Source of the DNA: a virus
Lineage: Duplodnaviria; Caudoviricetes
Length of the DNA stretch: 64,000 bases
Reading direction: 5' to 3' (one strand)
IMG/VR virus record: IMGVR_UViG_3300031994_000044
Location: 32,001 to 96,000 of that record
Shown here piece after piece: positions 57,449 through 64,000 of this stretch (positions within the stretch are counted from its first letter, which is position 1; every line of letters begins with the position of its first letter). The notes under the pieces were generated by a model. The model made no database searches, was not told where the DNA came from, and saw only the letters and a list, made by a program, of their open reading frames with translations. The position numbers and the translations under genes are program-made.

Positions 57449-58284
57449 TAATATCCAAATATATCTTTTAAATCCATTTTATTATTTGCAATTTCTTTTG
57501 CAATTGTGTTATAATCCACAAAATCATCAATATCACCTTTTGTTATTTTATATTGTGGGTCATCTGCTCCATTGTTATCTGACTCGTCACTATAATTTTC
57601 AGGCGCATAATTGTTCATATACTCATTTGGTGTCATGGTATATGGCGATGATTTTGTTGAGCGCATTGTCAGCCTTTGTAATGGGGTCGGGTTTCTTTTC
57701 TCGATTTCACTCTTAAGACTTCCAAGGTATTGATTTGTATGCGCGTCAATATCATTGATACGTTTTTCAATATTGTCAATTGAAGAAATCACTTTTTCAA
57801 ATTTAGAAGTTAATGCATCAACTTTTTTCTCTGTATCTTCTTGTGCGTCAGTTAAATCATCAATTTCGACAACATCATCTTCTGGACCAGGTACTTCAGG
57901 ACCATTTGCTGCATTGGGGTCTTCGCCCATTGGCATATCAGCATCAGGACCGCCACCCATAGCATTGGGGTCGCCACCCATACCATCCATGGAAGCATTA
58001 GGGTCTGTGTTTTGTGGATTGAAACCTTGTGGTGCTTGCCCACCATCCATTGGCGCACCCGCATCAGGACCACCACCCATAGCATTGGGGTCGCCACCCA
58101 TTGGCGCACCCGCATCAGGACCACCACCCATAGCGTTAGGGTCGCCACCCATTGGCGCACCCGCATCAGGACTACCACCCATAGCGTTAGGGTCGTTTTC
58201 GTCCTCAGCAAGGTCAGTCGTTGTTACAACATATTCAACTAAATGTTTGAAATTACTTTTAATTTCATTAATGTTCTTAGTCAT
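57448..58284 (-). CDS. putative head scaffold/core-like protein with Gly-Pro-Met repeats
   Basis: acidic; GGDPNAMGGGPDAGAPM repeats, then a coiled coil; CTATTTAT operon. Confidence 0.55.
   Translation of the reverse strand: MTKNINEIKSNFKHLVEYVVTTTDLAEDENDPNAMGGSPDAGAPMGGDPNAMGGGPDAGAPMGGDPNAMGGGPDAGAPMDGGQAPQGFNPQNTDPNASMDGMGGDPNAMGGGPDADMPMGEDPNAANGPEVPGPEDDVVEIDDLTDAQEDTEKKVDALTSKFEKVISSIDNIEKRINDIDAHTNQYLGSLKSEIEKRNPTPLQRLTMRSTKSSPYTMTPNEYMNNYAPENYSDESDNNGADDPQYKITKGDIDDFVDYNTIAKEIANNKMDLKDIFGY
58048..58195. repeat. 51-bp coding tandem repeat (about 3 copies, plus a degenerate copy near 57928-57980)
   Basis: units start at 58048, 58099 and 58150. Confidence 0.9.
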
Positions 58285-58681
58285 TGAGCAATTGTCTGTT
58301 ATCTTCGGTAAGAATTATTTTTGAGGATTCAGTTCTTTCGATTAAACCCTTGTCTTTTTTAATGACTTTTTTATTGTTTAATACATTAGCTACATTTTCA
58401 GCTGATGTGATTTGTTCTTCTGTTATCATGGCATTTTTATTTTTTCTGCTTTTATTCTTGTTTTTTTTTACTCCGTCTTCAATATTTTCTACCTTATCTT
58501 CAATAACTTCTACTATTTCATTTTTAACGGTTTCTATTTTATTTTCATTTATTTCTTCTTTTTGCTTTGTTACGGGTTTTACTTCTGTTTTCTTATCCGT
58601 AACTTTTTTCACCCTATGAGGGGGCGTAATTTTATATGTTGGTCTTCCACACTTTTTAATTATTCTTCTAATTGATAACAT
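58277..58681 (-). CDS. hypothetical protein
   Basis: basic, low-complexity; ends GLIERTESSKIILTEDNRQLLND. Confidence 0.6.
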   Translation of the reverse strand: MLSIRRIIKKCGRPTYKITPPHRVKKVTDKKTEVKPVTKQKEEINENKIETVKNEIVEVIEDKVENIEDGVKKNKNKSRKNKNAMITEEQITSAENVANVLNNKKVIKKDKGLIERTESSKIILTEDNRQLLND

Positions 58682-58695
58682 ATTCTATTTTTTAC

Positions 58696-58703
58696 ATAAA
58701 TAG
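58696..58703 (-). promoter_or_regulatory. putative late promoter CTATTTAT
   Basis: conserved 8-mer upstream of ATG 58681. Confidence 0.6.
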
Positions 58704-58726
58704 TTTCTAATTTAAAAAACTACAAC

Positions 58727-59341
58727 TTATTGATTTTCTTTATTGTTTGAATATAAACAAGGTATTAAATAATTTTTTCCGATAAAAAGAGTCCTAATAT
58801 TTAATGGTATCGAATCTTTATTTGTAATAACAGTGGTATTACTATATATGTTACTTAAAAAAAGTTTAACATTTTCACCGATGTATTGGATTTCCCTTAA
58901 TGATATTCCATAAACAGTTTTATAACTATCATAAATATAAACCAAGCCATTGTTGATAAAAGATATTATCTCTTTTTGTTTATTGTGTATTAGATTGTTG
59001 ATATATAGTATTTTATCTGAGCATAATCCTTCAGTTATTATATTAACATATTCATATTTTACTGTTTTTACAAGTTTTTCAACCACTTTTCCGACAAATT
59101 CTTTCAGCCTATCCTCGTAAACATTTCTTTTTTCGCGTGGTCCATATGTCCAATAAATATCCTTGTCAGCATCAACATCCATGCTTAATCTATTGAACTC
59201 AGGATAATTTTTTTTAGTTAATTCAATACCGACACATAGGACAGGCAAATCCTTTATAAGTAGGCTCTTGTCATCAACCACATTGTAAAAAATATTATCA
59301 GTAAATAAATTTTTCGTTAAAATATTAGCAATTTTTCTCAT
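58727..59341 (-). CDS. hypothetical protein
   Basis: 204 aa ORF preceded by TTTTTGTATATT. Confidence 0.65.
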   Translation of the reverse strand: MRKIANILTKNLFTDNIFYNVVDDKSLLIKDLPVLCVGIELTKKNYPEFNRLSMDVDADKDIYWTYGPREKRNVYEDRLKEFVGKVVEKLVKTVKYEYVNIITEGLCSDKILYINNLIHNKQKEIISFINNGLVYIYDSYKTVYGISLREIQYIGENVKLFLSNIYSNTTVITNKDSIPLNIRTLFIGKNYLIPCLYSNNKENQ

Positions 59342-59377
59342 TCTAAAGTTTTTATTAAATAATATACAAAAAATTCT

Positions 59378-62300
59378 TTAACCTTTATAATAATATAATT
59401 CATCTATGTAAGCCCATCCGCCATCCCAATATTTGGCTAATTTTTGGGTATTTTCAAATGACTTTTCAAGAACGCCGCGTTTATGTCCTTCAGCTTCAAT
59501 AGTCTTATTATCTCCAATATACACGCCCACATGCACAATCGGGCCTTTTCCACCTTTCCCCTCTGTTTTAAACACAGCAATTCCAGGTACATTAGGCATT
59601 GTTAATGTATCAGTGCTTTTTACTGTAAAACGTTTAAAAGCCGCAGAAGAACTTTGAAATGGGAATACACTATTTTTTATTACTGCACTTGCTTCTGAAT
59701 TATCACTATAAAAATATCCTTTTATTAAACCGTAACAATCATGTACTTTTTCTCCATATTGTTGACTTGTATCTGAATAATATGATGATTCATATGTGCT
59801 TTTGTATGTTTTCGCAAATTTATTCCTTAATTCTTCCGTAGCAATTTGCCCACATGCGGACCACCAATACGGTCTGCCAAGTTGTGCTTTGCAATAATTA
59901 ACTAAACCAATATTTGTTTTTTCTGTTCCAGTCAAAGAAATATCAGTAAATGTTTTTAATGGCGGTTCCCCATGATACTCGGCATTTGAAAATGTTGAAA
60001 GGTCTAATAGGCTATTGTTACTTCCATTAACACCATCGTTAACGCTATCTTTATCGCTTACAAAAGTAACAATATCACTATCGCTAAACGGAATCATATG
60101 TTTATTTTGTTTAACACCCACAATTGTTGTTTTTGCGTCGCCAGGTGTTATTACATGCGTTACTTTCTTTATAATATATGCACCTTTCCATAATGGTATG
60201 TTGTTCAATTGGAAATACATTGGTGGGAATATTTGCATGTCACCCATCATCTCAACCGTACATTCATATGAGTTATTTGCATACACTTTGTAAATATCTT
60301 GTCCATAAAGTGTTGTCTGTCTTACTGTTTCATCACCTTTTGCTGCAATTTGGAATGTAGCATTTAAACCGGCTTCGGTTACACCATATTGTCCCGTTGA
60401 TAGTTTTATATCTTTAAAGTATGATTGGTTTCCCTTTCCGAAAGTTACCCCAAAAGCTGGAACACCATAACCATTATCTTGATTATCGAATAATGCCCCA
60501 ACAATTTCATCATCATTAAAATTAAATCCATCGCCTTCAGGTGACCATCCATTCATATCTAAGTTTGAAGTCGTATTATCACCAAGATGTTCCGCTGGTT
60601 TATAATTATATAAAAACATATATGTATATGTATTATCATCCCAATGCTGACAAGACGGAAATGGGGTGAAAACGTCTTTTATATCTTCAACTTTGTTATA
60701 CATAAACCTTTGTGGTATAGCCAATATCACCCCACCACAATCCTGTGCAACTTCAGTTAAAAACTGATATAAGGATTTTGAGTTGTAGTTCATAGTAGTT
60801 TCATTATCACCTACTGTTGCTGATGGCAATTGAGATAATATCCATTCTGACAGTTTTGTCAAGTTAACCTTTAAGTTATAGCCAATATCACGGTAATAAC
60901 TGTCCATGTAAATAAAGTTGTCTAATTCATAAAGACCTGAATCACCTTCATATATGTTTTTACTTGAAGTTCTGTCTTCATATTTAAAATTATCAACCGA
61001 GGTATTATGATGGCTGACCTTCCATGTATTTTCACCTTTTGTTGCCCCACAAATCCACTTATTATATAACGATTTAAGCGTCATATATAAACTAAGCCGC
61101 ATATCATCGTTTTTAAACGGGTCTTCTTCAACCTTTCTTAATGAAGAATCAAGAAGTTTTTCTAAATCATTTTTATCCATATCAGCCAATTTACCATAAA
61201 TTTTGTTTAACTGTTCCATAAAACGTTTGAAACCTTCTCTAAAATCATTGGTTTCAACATCCATACCCTTTCCATAGAATCCCCCATAATAATCAAAAAT
61301 AGTACAAACACCTAAAAGAGTTCTTTTAAGAAAACCTTGTAGTTTTACCATTGCAACACTATTATCATGCTCACTTGATGCCACACTTGTGTTGATTAAT
61401 GCGGTGTTAAGACTATTGCCAAATACAATACATTCTTGAGTTTTTCCACTACATATATTGGTTTCTTTTGACCTTAGTTTTAAATTTTCTAATGCATCAA
61501 TATTTTGTTCAAATTCTTCTTTAACCCATTTTTTAAAATATTTCATTAAATAATATTTTCTTGATTTAGATATGTTTTCTGAACCATTTATAAAATTATT
61601 TGGAATTTCTTTATATTTATTTAATCCTGTGTCATTATCACTTTTTATTGGATAATAATCAATAATAGCAAACGTCTGAAACTTTTCTGGCATTTTAAAT
61701 GCCGCATGATGTGCATTTTTTTTAATTTCATTTCCTTCTTTATCAATACCACAAACATATTCGTTAATTGTTCCAGCTGAAATAATCTTATTAATACCTT
61801 CTTCACTCCACCAGTAATATGCACCTTCCTTTAATAAAGATACTTTTTGAACAACAGTATTGATTTTGTCAGTTAAACCATTTTCTTTAGTTATTAATGG
61901 TAATTTTAATAAAAATAAATATGCTTTTACTTCAGTATCTGTTTGTAAACGATATAAATCATCATCAAAAATACTATTTTTACAATAATCTGAATTTATA
62001 AATTTAGATTCAAAGTTAATAATTAATGTATCATTAGAAGCCCAATCACCATTTTTAATTAAATCAATAATTTCTGATTCGTTTAATGTTTCTCCTTTGT
62101 TTTCAACCAATTTACTATAATGAACTCTTGAACGATTAAGTACTAAATTACAATCACCATCTACATCATCACTTATATTCTTAAAAACTTTTGATGCTCT
62201 TTTAACATCAAAGTCATCTAAGTCAAGTATGTTGCCAGTGTCTTCTTGTTTTTCACGTTTTATTTCCTGTTCAAGATTTTGATATAGATTATTAATATAA

Positions 62301-64000
62301 CTTCGTGTTTCCCATAATAAAAAGGTGCCGCCAGGAAGTGTTTTACCTATTTCAATATCACCATCTTTTCCGTAATATTTATCGTGTGACCTTGATGATA
62401 TATATCTACCTGTTTCTCTGAAGTTTAATTCTGTGAAATCATGTTTTAATTCATTTGTACTTTTAATATAAAGTGGGTAGTATTTAAAATCATTTTCATC
62501 TATTTGAGAATAAGCATAATCAAGATAAGCGTCAGTGTTACCTAGTGTAACGAAAAGATTCATATAGTTAAAACCCGAAAATTGCCATGATTTTCTTAAT
62601 TCACTTTTAGTAATAGAAGTTATTTCATTAACAAAATCTTCTGATTTAACATTTGCATTATCAGCAAATTTATAAATAAAATCTTTAAAACTTTCTGAAT
62701 TTGTAACACCAAGTGCTTTATAAAAATTAATAGCATCGACACGTCCAAAATCTATTGCTTCATCTTTATCACTATCTGATTGTACGGAATTTAAATAGTA
62801 GAACAATCTTAATGCAAATATTGCATACATATCGCCTGCTACTTCTTCTATAGGAACATTGTTCTTAATCTTCTCTGCGACACTTTTATATGGGTTAATA
62901 ATACGGTCGTTATTCGCTATATCATAAATTGTCACAGGTATGAAATTTGTTAAATCAGTTGAAGGACTATTACCTTCGATTGTACTTCCACTAGTTCTAT
63001 ATTCTTCTATTTTACGGTTAACCTCTTTAGACTCATCGAAATATAATTTAGAGCCTGACAATAAATCATAAACAAATTTAATTTCTTCAAGATTATTTTG
63101 AGGGTCACCCTTTGTTAAATACCCTTCTTCTCCAGGCCATACTTCGGTTTTTTTTGTTGTATTGCCACTTTCATCTTCTTTTAAATCTTTATAAAAAGTA
63201 GCAAAAGGAGGTAAATAATTTCCTCTTAAAAATTGATTACTTTCCCCTTCTTTAGCATTTTCTGTGTCAGTATAACCATTTTCAATGCCATATGTCTTTT
63301 TTTCTCTTTTAACTCTGTCTTTATCTAATTGATTATGTATTGTTTTAAGATGTGTGTAATATACATGGATAAATGTATCAAGATGGGCAAAAGCCAAATT
63401 AAATATATTTCGTATTGATGGCCTAAAACCAAGTGCTTGTTCTATTAATGATTCTTTTTCTTCTTTATATTTTTCATTTACTGTTTCTTTTTTGTTTTTT
63501 AATGTGTCAATTCTATCTTGAATGATTTTAATCGCGTCACTATATTTTTTTCCACCTTGTCTATCACAAACATAAAGTTTAAAATCTGTTAAACCATGAT
63601 TTTCAGTATTTTTATTTTCAATACAATAAGTTATCTTTTTAACAAGTTCATCATTAATATTTAATGAATATGCATCAGAAAAAAAGCCACCATATTTTTG
63701 TACTTGTTTTTGATAGTATTTTCCACCATTAAAGATAAATTCTTTAAGACCTCCTTTCTCTTCCCTATCTTTACTAAATTCGAAATAGTTATTTGTGTCT
63801 TTTAGCCATTCGTCTACTCCGGCAAAATAGGTTTTTAATGTTTCACCACCACCTGAAAAATTTTCATCATAAGCATTTAGTGCATCACAGAACATTTGTA
63901 TGTTTTTAGATAAGTCTTCGTCTTTGTCCCCAAGTTTATCATTTCCTGCTATATATATGTATGAATATTTTTCGTCTTCAAAAAACAACGAATAACTCAT
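59378..64000 (-). CDS. large baseplate hub-like protein with C-terminal NlpC/P60 peptidoglycan hydrolase; probably 5'-truncated by the window
   Basis: CTVEMMGD...FQLNNIP...GAYIIKKVTH hub-type motif; LGRPYWW, HDCYGL, HVGVYIG, IEAEG NlpC/P60 motifs. Confidence 0.78.
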   Translation of the reverse strand: MSYSLFFEDEKYSYIYIAGNDKLGDKDEDLSKNIQMFCDALNAYDENFSGGGETLKTYFAGVDEWLKDTNNYFEFSKDREEKGGLKEFIFNGGKYYQKQVQKYGGFFSDAYSLNINDELVKKITYCIENKNTENHGLTDFKLYVCDRQGGKKYSDAIKIIQDRIDTLKNKKETVNEKYKEEKESLIEQALGFRPSIRNIFNLAFAHLDTFIHVYYTHLKTIHNQLDKDRVKREKKTYGIENGYTDTENAKEGESNQFLRGNYLPPFATFYKDLKEDESGNTTKKTEVWPGEEGYLTKGDPQNNLEEIKFVYDLLSGSKLYFDESKEVNRKIEEYRTSGSTIEGNSPSTDLTNFIPVTIYDIANNDRIINPYKSVAEKIKNNVPIEEVAGDMYAIFALRLFYYLNSVQSDSDKDEAIDFGRVDAINFYKALGVTNSESFKDFIYKFADNANVKSEDFVNEITSITKSELRKSWQFSGFNYMNLFVTLGNTDAYLDYAYSQIDENDFKYYPLYIKSTNELKHDFTELNFRETGRYISSRSHDKYYGKDGDIEIGKTLPGGTFLLWETRSYINNLYQNLEQEIKREKQEDTGNILDLDDFDVKRASKVFKNISDDVDGDCNLVLNRSRVHYSKLVENKGETLNESEIIDLIKNGDWASNDTLIINFESKFINSDYCKNSIFDDDLYRLQTDTEVKAYLFLLKLPLITKENGLTDKINTVVQKVSLLKEGAYYWWSEEGINKIISAGTINEYVCGIDKEGNEIKKNAHHAAFKMPEKFQTFAIIDYYPIKSDNDTGLNKYKEIPNNFINGSENISKSRKYYLMKYFKKWVKEEFEQNIDALENLKLRSKETNICSGKTQECIVFGNSLNTALINTSVASSEHDNSVAMVKLQGFLKRTLLGVCTIFDYYGGFYGKGMDVETNDFREGFKRFMEQLNKIYGKLADMDKNDLEKLLDSSLRKVEEDPFKNDDMRLSLYMTLKSLYNKWICGATKGENTWKVSHHNTSVDNFKYEDRTSSKNIYEGDSGLYELDNFIYMDSYYRDIGYNLKVNLTKLSEWILSQLPSATVGDNETTMNYNSKSLYQFLTEVAQDCGGVILAIPQRFMYNKVEDIKDVFTPFPSCQHWDDNTYTYMFLYNYKPAEHLGDNTTSNLDMNGWSPEGDGFNFNDDEIVGALFDNQDNGYGVPAFGVTFGKGNQSYFKDIKLSTGQYGVTEAGLNATFQIAAKGDETVRQTTLYGQDIYKVYANNSYECTVEMMGDMQIFPPMYFQLNNIPLWKGAYIIKKVTHVITPGDAKTTIVGVKQNKHMIPFSDSDIVTFVSDKDSVNDGVNGSNNSLLDLSTFSNAEYHGEPPLKTFTDISLTGTEKTNIGLVNYCKAQLGRPYWWSACGQIATEELRNKFAKTYKSTYESSYYSDTSQQYGEKVHDCYGLIKGYFYSDNSEASAVIKNSVFPFQSSSAAFKRFTVKSTDTLTMPNVPGIAVFKTEGKGGKGPIVHVGVYIGDNKTIEAEGHKRGVLEKSFENTQKLAKYWDGGWAYIDELYYYKG

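Noticed and set aside
57755-58324. Plus-strand and alternative-frame repetitive ORFs over the 51-bp repeat
   Set aside because: Open frames are a by-product of the GC-rich coding repeat in 57448-58284
1-64000. Stop-codon reassignment (TAG to Gln) as in Lak-type megaphages
   Set aside because: Long genes are intact in the standard code, and TAG ends nrdG and the lectin gene at their natural C-termini
1-64000. CRISPR array, tRNA or rRNA genes
   Set aside because: No regularly spaced repeats and no cloverleaf or T-loop signatures seen; intergenic gaps are short and explained by promoters and terminators
1-64000. Most short plus-strand ORFs in the track (e.g. 13818-14531, 18179-18752, 53663-54136)
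   Set aside because: Antisense shadows of long minus-strand genes with Phe/Ser/Ile-rich composition

Overview
A 64-kb slice of a very AT-rich (roughly 28-30% GC by eye), gene-dense jumbo myophage genome, almost entirely coded on the minus strand in the standard genetic code. A Bacteroidota (probably gut or rumen) host is inferred from the lack of Shine-Dalgarno sites, a short RpoD-like sigma factor, the anaerobic ribonucleotide reductase and a Bacteroidales-type C-type-lectin protein. Contents: replication/recombination genes (primase, separated SbcD and SbcC, RuvC-like resolvase, DnaB, 5'-3' exonuclease, RecA/UvsX, SSB), nucleotide metabolism (nrdD, nrdG, tdk, phoH), a sigma factor followed by an EcoRI-family methylase and a putative endonuclease, a probable head-protein cluster, a long baseplate/tail operon, glycosyltransferases beside a collagen fibre, and a hub-NlpC/P60 fusion cut by the window edge. 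Most notable: (1) a family of fibre genes sharing an N-terminal module, a DCG(E/T)W motif and a homologous terminator, one of which ends in a DGR-type variable region whose template and reverse transcriptase are not in the window; (2) two protein-less IS200/IS605 (TnpB omega-RNA-like) structured elements, one behind a consensus Bacteroidota promoter; (3) an apparent protease-processed polyprotein containing a DUF4259-like domain; (4) two distinct promoter classes; (5) apparent absence of GATC. All family assignments come from motif recognition, not database searches.
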